Positions 37,469-46,561 of a DNA stretch of 61,107 nt are shown piece by piece. The translations under genes and the position numbers were made by a program. Source of the DNA: an uncultured Prevotella sp. (GTDB lineage: Bacteria; Bacteroidota; Bacteroidia; Bacteroidales; Bacteroidaceae); contig URSZ01000001.1 of NCBI GenBank assembly GCA_900550635.1, positions 1-61,107 of the forward strand. Direction: 5' to 3'. The notes under the pieces are model-generated. The model worked only from the letters and a program-made list of their open reading frames with translations. It ran no database searches and had not been told where the DNA came from. Numbering within the stretch: the stretch's first letter is position 1; every line of letters starts with the position of its first letter.

Positions 37469-39742
37469 ATGGCAACCGACATAATAACCAGAACACGGAC
37501 GGCATTGCTCGCACTCTGCATAATGGCAGGCACTGCCGCAAAAGCACAGGACTACTTTCATTTCTACCGCGACGGACAGGTGGCCGAACGGGTGCAGGCA
37601 ACGCTCGTAGACAGCATTAGCTTCGGCGCTACCGGCAGGTCGATAATGGTTTACGACAAGGAAAAGAAACGGCTTTACTCGGCGCGGCGCAATGTTATCG
37701 ACAGCGTGGTCATCAAGCCGTTCATCGACTACACTTCCTACCCCGCGCTCAACCTCACGTCAGGATACAACAACGTTGAAGCCACCTACGACAACGATAC
37801 GAATGTATATTCCATACACGTAACCGGCGGCGACCCGTACATACTCACCGAAACGCTGAAAAGCGACCTGCCCGCCGACTCGTGCGTGCTTACGTTCGAA
37901 TACAACTGCCCCGCAGGCATAAACGAATTCCAGATATTCTTCTGCCCGCCCGCCGCCGAAAACCTCTCGGCCAAGGTAGGCTCTATTACTCCCACCGTGG
38001 GCACCGAATGGCGCACCTATTCCGTGCCCATAAAGGACTACCGCGAAGACTTCTCATGGGGCTCGCGCAACGATTACCTGAGGTTCGACTTCGGAACAGT
38101 GCCCGACGTAGACATATCGCTCAGGAAAATAAGCATACGTTCGTTCACGCCCGAAGAACAACGCGAACAAGCCGAAAAAGACAGTATCAAAGCAGCTAAA
38201 GAACGCATGGCCGAAAACATAAAAGCCTATCTCAACGCCACGTATGCCTCGAGCGTAAAGCAAGTAAACGTCACGGCCGACGAAGTTACCGTTACCGGCG
38301 AATGCTCCGGCGACGGAACGTTCGCGCTGGCCGACATAGCGCCATACGACGACGTTACCGAAGAAACGGAGTACTACATCGCGGCCTCGCTACCCAACGG
38401 GCAGTTCTCGGTAACGCTGCCGCGCATGGCCGAACGCTCGGGATTCAACTACGACCGCGTGCTCTCGAAGTGGGCAATAGTGAAAACAGACGGCGAAAGG
38501 CACACGCTCGCCTCGCACGCCCGCTATGCCGACGAGGTCACGCCGCAGTACGTGGCCGAACCGGGAGTGCTTAAAGGCAAGAAAGGTATTGCCGCCGGGC
38601 TCGGGGCAACGTACATCTCCGACTTCGACAACCTGCAGGCGCACAGCATTACGATGAACATAGTGCTCAACACTTTCATCAGCACCTCGTACCAAAGCGG
38701 CTGGACGTCCTATTCCTACGGCGGCCGCACGTACTACATCAACCAGGGGGCCTTTACACAGCTCGACGAGGTGACCCGCGCGGCCCACGAACGCGGAGTA
38801 ATCGTTTCGGGAATACTGCTCACGTCCACCGGCTCCATTTTCAACGACCCGGAGAACACCGGAGGCTACTACACCATGCCCAACATGACCACACCCGACG
38901 CGGTGAACACCTACGCCGCCGCACTGAATTACCTGTTCAGGCGTTACACCTCGGGCGAATACGGGCGCGTGCACCACTGGATAGTACACAACGAGGTCGA
39001 CGCCGGCGACTCGTGGACCAACATGGGCGAACAGCCCGAAATGCGCTACTACGACCGCTACATGAAGTCGATGCGCATGTGCTACAACATCATACGCCAG
39101 TACGACCCCAACGCTTCGATACTCGGCTCATATACGCACAACTGGAACTTCGAGGCCGAGATAAACTCGCCCCGCCTGATGCTCGAGCAGAACGTGCAGT
39201 ATTCCGAAAAGGAAGGCGACTTCCGCTGGGGAGTGGCCTATCATCCTTACCCCATAGACCTCACGCGACCCGAGTTCTGGAAAAACGACCGCGCCAATGC
39301 CACTTTCAGCAACAACTCCACATACGTAACGTTCCTCAACCCCGAAGTAATCAACGCCTGGATTCTCGACCCGGCGCACTTCTACAAGGACGGCACCAAG
39401 CGCATACTCTTCTTCAGCGAACAGGGAACAAACTCGCCCGACTACACCGAAAACTCGCTGCAGCTCCAGGCTGCCGGCGCGGCGTGGATATGGAAGAAGA
39501 TAAGCCGCCTCGACGGCATTGACGCAATGCAATGGCACAACTGGGCCGACAACGTCACGGAGTTCGGCCTGCGCATAGGCCTGCGCTCGTTTGCCGAAGG
39601 CAACTTCAACAACCTCGACCCCAAGCCCGTGTGGTACGTATGGCAAGCCGCCGGCACCGACCGCGAGGACGAGGTGTTCGAACCTTACCTCGACATAATA
39701 GGCATAGACAGCTGGGACAACATAATCCAACCCGTGGAGTGA
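37469..39742 (+). CDS. Putative TIM-barrel glycoside hydrolase (DUF5722-like)
   Basis: 757 aa with a signal peptide. The C-terminal half has a GH-like pattern (WIVHNEVD, candidate acid/base NE). This is a family recollection only. Confidence 0.5.
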   Translation: MATDIITRTRTALLALCIMAGTAAKAQDYFHFYRDGQVAERVQATLVDSISFGATGRSIMVYDKEKKRLYSARRNVIDSVVIKPFIDYTSYPALNLTSGYNNVEATYDNDTNVYSIHVTGGDPYILTETLKSDLPADSCVLTFEYNCPAGINEFQIFFCPPAAENLSAKVGSITPTVGTEWRTYSVPIKDYREDFSWGSRNDYLRFDFGTVPDVDISLRKISIRSFTPEEQREQAEKDSIKAAKERMAENIKAYLNATYASSVKQVNVTADEVTVTGECSGDGTFALADIAPYDDVTEETEYYIAASLPNGQFSVTLPRMAERSGFNYDRVLSKWAIVKTDGERHTLASHARYADEVTPQYVAEPGVLKGKKGIAAGLGATYISDFDNLQAHSITMNIVLNTFISTSYQSGWTSYSYGGRTYYINQGAFTQLDEVTRAAHERGVIVSGILLTSTGSIFNDPENTGGYYTMPNMTTPDAVNTYAAALNYLFRRYTSGEYGRVHHWIVHNEVDAGDSWTNMGEQPEMRYYDRYMKSMRMCYNIIRQYDPNASILGSYTHNWNFEAEINSPRLMLEQNVQYSEKEGDFRWGVAYHPYPIDLTRPEFWKNDRANATFSNNSTYVTFLNPEVINAWILDPAHFYKDGTKRILFFSEQGTNSPDYTENSLQLQAAGAAWIWKKISRLDGIDAMQWHNWADNVTEFGLRIGLRSFAEGNFNNLDPKPVWYVWQAAGTDREDEVFEPYLDIIGIDSWDNIIQPVE

Positions 39743-39915
39743 CATCCCGCGGCAGGTAGCCCCGCAAACACACAAACGCGCAAACACCGCAACAGCAGGC
39801 GAGGCCATGCAAAGGCCGCGCCTGCATTTTTTCCTAACCGGTGTGCCTGTTGCGGGTGCTTGGGGGCGCAAAAACAGCCCGTCCCGCCGCACCGCAAAGC
39901 GCGTCTCCCGCGCGG

Positions 39916-40149
39916 TGCGGACAAACGCCCGCATTTGTCCGCATTTTCAGGAGCATTTTCAAACGGGTTTTCAGGGGGCAAAAAATATGTCCGACATATT
40001 TTGAAATAGGTCTGACATATTTTAAAATACAAGGCACATATTTTTTCTTTGCTCCCATGTGGGGTAAACGCACTGAAAATCAGTTTTCACTTTTCCGCGC
40101 CCCGAACGGCCGTTTTTCCGCCCCGGTTTTCGCTCCGTTTTTGTCTGCC
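39916..40149. repeat. Mosaic intergenic repeat, copy 11; full-length, same subfamily as copies 9/10 but inverted
   Basis: Left-edge hairpin GCGGACAAACGCCCGCATTTGTCCGC, CAAACGGGTTTTCAGGGGG box, three units at about 39980-40044, TTCTTTGCTCCCATGTGGGG, GTGAAAA-type hairpin, and right-edge box CCGTTTTTGTCTGCC. The reverse complement of the right half is close to 33541-33650. Confidence 0.9.
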
Positions 40150-40222
40150 GCGGCAACGGCGGCACGGCATAAGCATGTTGAATATAGTACCTCCGGCGCG
40201 TTGCAGTTTCTCGCCATAATGG

Positions 40223-40230
40223 TAACTTTG
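40223..40230 (+). promoter_or_regulatory. -7 promoter box (TAnnTTTG)
   Basis: TAACTTTG lies 24 nt upstream of the priA ATG. Confidence 0.5.
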
Positions 40231-40253
40231 TACCGCAAACCACGAAACAGCAC

Positions 40254-42722
40254 ATGAATTTTGCCGACATACTGCTGCCACTTCCGCTCGACGGCCTGTT
40301 CACCTACGCAGTGCCGCCCGCGCTGTCCGACGCCGTTGCGCCGGGCAAGAGGGTGGTAGTGCAGTTCGGCGCGAAAAAGGAATACTCCGGCATAGTGGTG
40401 CGCCTGCACGACAACCACCCGGGCGAAGGAATAAACGTCAAGCCCGTAATAGACGTGATAGACCCCGAACCCGTGGTAACCCGCGAGCAACTCGCATTCT
40501 GGAAATGGATGGCAGGCTATTACCTGTGCCACGAAGGCGACGTAATGAAAGCCGCGCTGCCCGCCGGCCTAAAACTCGCAAGCGAAAGTATCATAGGATA
40601 CAACGCCGACTACGACGGCAACGCCACGCTGACGCCGCGCGAGCAGCAAGTGGCCGGCGCACTCGAAACCGAAGGCGACATGTCGATAGCCGCGCTCGAA
40701 AAGAAATGCGGCGCAACCAACCTCGTGGCCGTCGTGCGCTCGCTTTACGACAAGGGAGCCATACGAATGCACGAAGAACTGCGCGGCAACTACCGCCCGC
40801 GCTACGAAACGCGCGCCTTACTCACCCGTGAATACTTCAACGAAGCGCGGCTAAACGAAGCGATGGACAAACTCGCACGCGCGCCGCAACAGCTCGCACT
40901 GCTCACCCTCTATCTCGACATGAGCGGGGCCTCGGCCGCACTCACCCTGAAAAACCACGCACTCCTGCGCCCCGTGGCAAAAAGCGCGCTAATGCACGAA
41001 AGCAAAGCCGGCGAAAGCGCATGGGCGGGACTGCTCAAAAAAGGCATTCTCGCCGCAAGGCAGGAGGAAGTGACACGCCTGGCCGGGCACAAGGGCGGAC
41101 GCATGCCGCTGCACTCGCTATCGCCGGCGCAGCAGCAAGCCATAAGCGGGATAAACACCGCGTTCAGCACCAAAAACGTGTGCCTGCTGCACGGAGTAAC
41201 ATCGTGCGGCAAGACAGAAATCTACATACATCTCATAGCCGAAGCCATAAGCAACGGGAAAAGCGTGCTCTACATGCTTCCCGAAATTGCGCTGACCACA
41301 CAGATTACCCAGCGCCTGCGACTTTTTTTCGGCAACGACATGGGAGTGTTCCATTCAAAGTTCCCCGACAGCGAACGAGTGGAGATATGGAAAAAACAAC
41401 TCTCACCCAATCCCTACAAACTGATAGTGGGAGTGCGCAGCTCGCTCTTCCTGCCCATGAAGAACCTCGGCCTCGTCATCATAGACGAAGAACACGAGCC
41501 GTCGTACAAACAAGAGGAACCCGCCCCGCGATACAACGCACGCGACGCAGCAATAATGCTCGCCGGCATGTGCGGCGCAAAAACACTTCTGGGCACAGCC
41601 ACCCCCTCGCTCGAAAGCTACGCCAACGCACGTGCGGGAAAATACGGACTGGTCGAAATAAACGAACGCTTCGGACAAGTATGCCTGCCCGAGATACACG
41701 TTGAAGACGTAAAGGAACTGCGCCGAAAAAAAATGATGACCACACCGCTCGCCCCGCAACTGATTTCCGAAATACAGGCTGCCCTCGACGACGGCCAGCA
41801 AACCATACTTTTCCAAAACCGCAGGGGATACTCGCCGTTCCTCGAATGCCACGCATGCGGATGGGTGCCGCGCTGCGAACACTGCGACGTGAGCCTTACC
41901 TATCACCGCGGCACAAACAGCCTGGTTTGCCACTACTGCGGCGCGGTTTACCGTGTGCCCGAACGCTGCCCCGCCTGCGAAGGCACACAGCTCGACGACC
42001 GCGGCTTCGGCACAGAGAAGATAGAGGACACCGTGCGCGAGCTTTTCCCAAAAGCGCGTGTGGCACGGCTCGACCTCGACACAACACGCTCGCGTTCCGC
42101 CTACGACAGGATTCTGTCAGCCTTCCGCGACGGAAAAACCGACATACTCATCGGAACGCAAATGGTATCGAAAGGCTTGGACTTCGACCGCGTGCGCGTG
42201 GTGGGAGTGCTCGACGCCGACGCGGCCATGAACGTACCCGATTTCCGCAGCTACGAACGGGCATTCCAGATGATGTCGCAAGTGGCCGGCCGAGCAGGAC
42301 GGCGCGACACGCGCGGCACGGTAATACTCCAGACACGCCGCCCCGAAACGGAGCTTATAGCCCAAGTTGCCGCCAACGACTACACCGGCATGTACGAAAT
42401 GCAAATCCAGGAACGTGAAGCGTTCGGCTATCCACCGTTCTGCCGACTTATATACATTTACCTGCGCCACCGCTCGCAATATGTAGCCGATTGCGCCTCG
42501 CGCGACATGGCCGCCGCCTTGCTCCCCATATTCGGCGACAATCTCCTGGGCCCGGCCAACCCGCCCGTGGCACGCATAAAGTCACTCTTCATACGCCAGA
42601 TAATGCTCAAGGTAGGGCGCACGGCACCTGTGGCGCGCGTGCGCTCGGTATTGCAGCAAACAGCCGCAAAAATAACCGGGCAATACGGCGCAGACGTATA
42701 TTTCGACGTCGACCCGTTGTGA
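40254..42722 (+). CDS. priA: Primosomal protein N' (replication restart helicase)
   Basis: 822 aa. Walker A LLHGVTSCGKTE, DEEH box IIDEEHE, and the Cys-rich zinc region CHACGWVPRCEHCDVSLTYH...CHYCG...CPACEG. Confidence 0.95.
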   Translation: MNFADILLPLPLDGLFTYAVPPALSDAVAPGKRVVVQFGAKKEYSGIVVRLHDNHPGEGINVKPVIDVIDPEPVVTREQLAFWKWMAGYYLCHEGDVMKAALPAGLKLASESIIGYNADYDGNATLTPREQQVAGALETEGDMSIAALEKKCGATNLVAVVRSLYDKGAIRMHEELRGNYRPRYETRALLTREYFNEARLNEAMDKLARAPQQLALLTLYLDMSGASAALTLKNHALLRPVAKSALMHESKAGESAWAGLLKKGILAARQEEVTRLAGHKGGRMPLHSLSPAQQQAISGINTAFSTKNVCLLHGVTSCGKTEIYIHLIAEAISNGKSVLYMLPEIALTTQITQRLRLFFGNDMGVFHSKFPDSERVEIWKKQLSPNPYKLIVGVRSSLFLPMKNLGLVIIDEEHEPSYKQEEPAPRYNARDAAIMLAGMCGAKTLLGTATPSLESYANARAGKYGLVEINERFGQVCLPEIHVEDVKELRRKKMMTTPLAPQLISEIQAALDDGQQTILFQNRRGYSPFLECHACGWVPRCEHCDVSLTYHRGTNSLVCHYCGAVYRVPERCPACEGTQLDDRGFGTEKIEDTVRELFPKARVARLDLDTTRSRSAYDRILSAFRDGKTDILIGTQMVSKGLDFDRVRVVGVLDADAAMNVPDFRSYERAFQMMSQVAGRAGRRDTRGTVILQTRRPETELIAQVAANDYTGMYEMQIQEREAFGYPPFCRLIYIYLRHRSQYVADCASRDMAAALLPIFGDNLLGPANPPVARIKSLFIRQIMLKVGRTAPVARVRSVLQQTAAKITGQYGADVYFDVDPL

Positions 42723-42830
42723 TTGCCTGCAAACGAAGAACGCCGGCGGCAGGTAAGCAAATTCCCCTTTTTGAACTTCCGGGAATATTCCCTCTGTCAT
42801 GCAAAACAAAACGGAAACAGGAATTTTTTT

Positions 42831-43000
42831 ACACTGAAAAACGAAAACCGTTTTTCGACTTTTTACCCTCCCCTTGAAGCCAAGAAAAAATATGTCTGAG
42901 ATATTTTAAAATATGTCTGACATAATTCGAAATATGTCAGATGTATTTTTTATTTGCTCCCACTCGGGTTAAATATGCAGAAAACCAGTTTTCATTTTCC
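42831..43000. repeat. Mosaic intergenic repeat, copy 12
   Basis: Three units at about 42885-42950, then TTATTTGCTCCCACTCGGG and a GAAAACCAGTTTTC hairpin. Confidence 0.85.
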
Positions 43001-43039
43001 GGCATGAACCTCCCTGCAACTGCCAGGCCCATAAAGCCA

Positions 43040-43077
43040 CCCGCGGGGCAAGCAAATCCTGTTGCTTGCCCCGCGGG
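43040..43077 (-). terminator. Strong hairpin; likely the ancestral terminator of the DUF2795 gene, displaced by the island
   Basis: CCCGCGGGGCAAGCAA-ATCCTG-TTGCTTGCCCCGCGGG, a perfect 16-bp stem. It lies just beyond the left att-like copy of the DUF2795 3' end. Confidence 0.55.
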
Positions 43078-43111
43078 TCGTTTGATTGCTCAAATCTATT
43101 CGGAGAGTGTC

Positions 43112-43131
43112 AATACTCGTCCTCGTTGAAG
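43112..43131. repeat. att-like direct repeat, left (duplicated DUF2795 3' end, encodes FNEDEY-stop on the minus strand)
   Basis: 19 of 20 positions are identical to 46564-46583. Confidence 0.75.
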
Positions 43132-43359
43132 TATGTATTCCTTCGTGGTTATCAATGACATCAGTTAATAATATGTGATTTCGGGGACAGCTATTTCACC
43201 ATGAATGGCAATAAAACGCCATTGTCACTATCTCCTCATCACGTTAATTATCACTCAAATAAGTCTTTCAAAGAACCTATTTATACATGCAAAAGTACAA
43301 AGAAGATGGGTAATCGCAAAGTTTTGTGTTTCCTATTTTGCTGCCTCATAATAAAATCG

Positions 43360-43367
43360 TACCTTTG
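43360..43367 (+). promoter_or_regulatory. -7 promoter box (TAnnTTTG) for the abi gene
   Basis: TACCTTTG lies 70 nt upstream of the ATG at 43437. Confidence 0.45.
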
Positions 43368-43436
43368 CAACAACAGATTCCGCCACGCTTCCCGCAGAAC
43401 AGCGTACCAGGGCGGAACTTTTGCTTTATATAGGTT

Positions 43437-44333
43437 ATGGAATACACAAAACAGCCGATAGATTACCCACAGCAAATCCAAAAGCTGAAAGAACGGGGAT
43501 TGATAATCAAAGACGAAAGACAAGCATTAGAACAACTCCGCATTATTAGCTATTTCCGTTTGGCGAATTACCTGCGACCAATGGAAGAAAATAAGGAAAA
43601 TCATATTTTCAAGCCAAACAGCACATTTGAGAATGCCCTAAACCTTTATTATTTCGACAAAGAACTAAGGGCTTTGATATTTACAGCCATCCAAAGCATT
43701 GAAATAGCCTTACGGACAAAAATCATACATCACGTTTCGTTGAAGTATGGCGCATTTTGGTTTACGGACATTAATCTTTGTACCAACCAACAAATGTTTG
43801 CTGAAAACCTGAACCACATTCAACAGGAATTGCAACGTTCAAAAGAAGATTTCATTTTAGAACACTTCGCAAAATATACAAGTCCGACATTTCCGCCTGT
43901 ATGGAAAACATTGGAAGTCGTTTCTTTCGGTACGCTCTCCAAATTATACTATAATCTGTCAGACAAAGCACTAAAGAAACAGATTGCACAAGATTTGAAT
44001 GTACCACAACATCTTTATTTTGAAAGTTGGATAAAATCCACTACCGTATTACGAAATTGCATTGCTCATCACGCACGTATTTGGAATCGCCGTTTCCCCA
44101 ATATGCCACAACTCCCTAAACGGATGCCGAAAACATGGATAAGCAACACACACCTCCCCATGATGAAACTTTATGCCCAATTATGTTGCATTACCTACTT
44201 GCAGAACAGCATCCACCCTAACAATTCTTTCAAACAAAAGCTGATTGCACTTTTAGAAGCACATCCAAATGTTGATGTAAAAGCGATGGGCTTTCCTACA
44301 AATTGGCGTGAAGAACCCTTGTGGAAAGACTAA
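43437..44333 (+). CDS. Abi_2 (AbiD/AbiF-like) abortive-infection family protein
   Basis: 298 aa. The N-terminus QQIQKLKERGLIIKDERQALEQLRIISYFRLANYLRP and the later AHHARIWNR match the Abi_2 family pattern as I recall it. Confidence 0.8.
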   Translation: MEYTKQPIDYPQQIQKLKERGLIIKDERQALEQLRIISYFRLANYLRPMEENKENHIFKPNSTFENALNLYYFDKELRALIFTAIQSIEIALRTKIIHHVSLKYGAFWFTDINLCTNQQMFAENLNHIQQELQRSKEDFILEHFAKYTSPTFPPVWKTLEVVSFGTLSKLYYNLSDKALKKQIAQDLNVPQHLYFESWIKSTTVLRNCIAHHARIWNRRFPNMPQLPKRMPKTWISNTHLPMMKLYAQLCCITYLQNSIHPNNSFKQKLIALLEAHPNVDVKAMGFPTNWREEPLWKD

Positions 44334-44489
44334 CAAATATTCAAAAATGTTTCTTTGTATAGGCTTGTGAATATATAGAAATACCAATATTTGATGTTTG
44401 TTCTGCAAATCACAATATATCAATAAGTTATGCTATTTTCAAATATTCACTTCTGATTGTTTTTGGATATCTTTATTGATATAGAAAAG

Positions 44490-44519
44490 AAAAGGTTGGC
44501 CGTTGCTGACCAACCTTTT
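44490..44519. terminator. Bidirectional intrinsic terminator between convergent genes
   Basis: AAAAGGTTGG-CCGTTGCTGA-CCAACCTTTT: the stem is flanked by an A-run and a T-run. Confidence 0.65.
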
Positions 44520-44530
44520 GGCATAATTTA

Positions 44531-45052
44531 TTATTTTGTTTTATCAACATAAGGACTGAACGTATATGTCAACAGTTCTCCATTGTTTAGTTCTACCTGA
44601 AATGTCGCTTTCTTTGTTACCTGTAATCTGCGCAAAAGGTCAATAGCATCTTGGTAATCTGCAAGATTAACTGCATTACCTATGGGCCGTTCTGTGTTTA
44701 TAAGGATGTTTTCTCCATCTAACATTAAACTTACAATTGTCATTTTTTCATTGAATGACGGATCTCTTGGATTTTCAGTTTTTGAAGCATCAGCAAGTCT
44801 AAGATACGCCATAGTATGGACATGCGTAGTAACTGCGAATACCAACACAATGGGAATGTTGTTAATCATATGATAATTATCACTATTTATAAATACCCTT
44901 TGTTGATCGTTATTAACAGTAAACCATCCTTTCTGTTTGTAGAAATCTGAAATTTCACTACTATCAACAGTGTTTGAGGTACGGTTGCCACACGCCGTGG
45001 TAAAGACGATAGTCAGTGCTATCATACTTAAGAAGTAAGCAAACTTTTTCAT
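44531..45052 (-). CDS. Hypothetical lipoprotein
   Basis: MKKFAYFLSMIALTIVFTTACGN: a signal peptide plus a lipobox-like Cys. I recognise no family. The ATG at 45052 is preferred to the TTG at 45070. Confidence 0.6.
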   Translation of the reverse strand: MKKFAYFLSMIALTIVFTTACGNRTSNTVDSSEISDFYKQKGWFTVNNDQQRVFINSDNYHMINNIPIVLVFAVTTHVHTMAYLRLADASKTENPRDPSFNEKMTIVSLMLDGENILINTERPIGNAVNLADYQDAIDLLRRLQVTKKATFQVELNNGELLTYTFSPYVDKTK

Positions 45053-45070
45053 CGCAAATGTTATTACCAA

Positions 45071-45313
45071 TTATACACCTTGCTTAATTTTCTCAGCTTT
45101 GATTCCTTTAACGAAAGAAGCCAACTCGTTGACTAAAAATTTTTCTTCTTCTGAAGAATCTTCTGTTGCAGTATGATAGCATTGGGAAATAGTTTCAATG
45201 ATATTTCCACATAGCTCAACTGTAAGCGTAAGATTTTCCTTGCAGAGTCCGTAAAGGCTTTTAATAGCCAATTCTTTCTGTTCTTCCTGTGCCATAATAC
45301 GTTTTTTTAGCAT
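45071..45313 (-). CDS. Hypothetical small acidic protein (80 aa)
   Basis: An ORF directly upstream of, and co-directional with, the lipoprotein gene. I recognise no family. Confidence 0.45.
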   Translation of the reverse strand: MLKKRIMAQEEQKELAIKSLYGLCKENLTLTVELCGNIIETISQCYHTATEDSSEEEKFLVNELASFVKGIKAEKIKQGV

Positions 45314-45665
45314 CTATGGCCCTGCGATGCGGTTTAATACTTACTTTAATATTGGTAGGCATAAAAGAGAAAAGCGAGGCCGTCATTCTGCCTCATCTAC
45401 TGCGTAGGGTTGGACTCCCTGTAATATGGATAAGGAGAACGAACAGCCCCACTTGGATGTATTTCGTGCTGATATACGAATACAAACCAAGAGAGCGTCC
45501 TTCCCACATATTCCGATATTACTTTTGTAAAGTGTCCAATTTTACGCAGTCGGAATAAGCGAAAATGCGCTTTCTTTCAATATGTCTGCACACTATTTGC
45601 TAATAGTGCGTAACAAAGATACGTACTTTCTTTGGAAGAACGCTCAATAATCCAACAAATTAACT

Positions 45666-46399
45666 CTAAAAATCTAATAGGTTGTATGTTTCAAGCAACT
45701 CTTTTTCTCTTATGTCCAAGTATATTTTAGTAACAGACACATAGGAATGATTGAAAAGCTCTGATAACCTCATCAACGCCATATTAGCATTCTCACCTGC
45801 TGACTCAAAAACCTTTCGCCCAAAAGTCTTGCGCATACTATGAGTAGGGAAATGCTCGATTTTAAGATTGTACTTTTTCTTGATTCTCTTAAATAATATA
45901 TTGATTCTTTGTGTTATATACTATTTTTGGGGTAATCCATCAAGAACTGCCTGAACTTATGTAACGGACAGTAAGCATTATCACGAACTGACACGCCGAC
46001 CTTGCCTAACTTGTATTCCTGCTCTATTGTTTCTATGGCATAGTTCACAAAGTCTGTCTTTGCCGATTTGCCGTTTGGTCTACCCTGTACAAATGCCCGA
46101 AGATTATCTATTGTGAGTCTGCTGTTCTTCTGCATGAACTCATAAATCTGTTCGTCTATGGTACGCCGCTTCTGTTCCAACTGATTATTCAATCTTGCAA
46201 TTTGAAGGTGTTTCCTGCTTACGGCTTTGTTGGCCTCATCCCAGTAAGCCTCCTCAATCCAAACACCCGTTTCCGTCCGTGCGTGTTTCGTGCCCATCAC
46301 GTACTCAAGATAGATTGGCAACTTTCCGTTCGTGTCGGGCTTCCTGTCCTTACGCAAATAAAACTTGCCCGTCAGTTTGCTTGCCTTTACTCTTCCCAT
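45666..46399 (-). pseudogene. Tyrosine recombinase (Bacteroidetes-type integrase), internally deleted and frameshifted
   Basis: 45914-46399 encodes only the N-terminal arm-binding and SAM-like part (161 aa, KFYLRKDRKPDTNGKLPIYLEY...). A different frame at 45666 to about 45905 encodes only the C-terminal end (...HFPTHSMRKTFGRKVFE...HSYVSVTKIYLDIREKEL, carrying the box II His/Arg and the catalytic Tyr). The middle of the catalytic domain is missing. Confidence 0.8.
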
Positions 46400-46561
46400 A
46401 ATTTACTATCCGTTTTTTAGGAATATGCGATGCGAAGATAACGATTTTGGGGACAGTTATTATGCCATAAAAGGCGGTAAAACGAGAAAGTGGGGATTTT
46501 TGTTGTCCCCACTTCCGTTGATTTTCAGTCTGTTGTTCAATACTTTACGCCGACTTTCGGC

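Noticed and set aside
33541-40149. Describing the elements as classical MITEs with terminal inverted repeats
   Set aside because: The GCAGACAAAAACGG-type edge box is at both ends of some copies (11, for example). In others it is on one side only or in direct rather than inverted orientation (9/10). I could not identify target-site duplications. A MITE origin is possible but not demonstrated, so I report them only as mosaic repeats.
43201-43461. 86-aa + ORF upstream of abi, and the 80-aa ORF on the opposite strand at 43281-43523
   Set aside because: They lie in AT-rich island DNA containing the predicted abi promoter and overlap the abi start. They have no recognisable features.
45316-45558. 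80-aa + strand ORF between the small-protein gene and the integrase remnant
   Set aside because: It has no family resemblance or promoter box, and its composition is odd. The region more likely holds the promoter of the minus-strand two-gene module. It cannot be excluded without homology searches.
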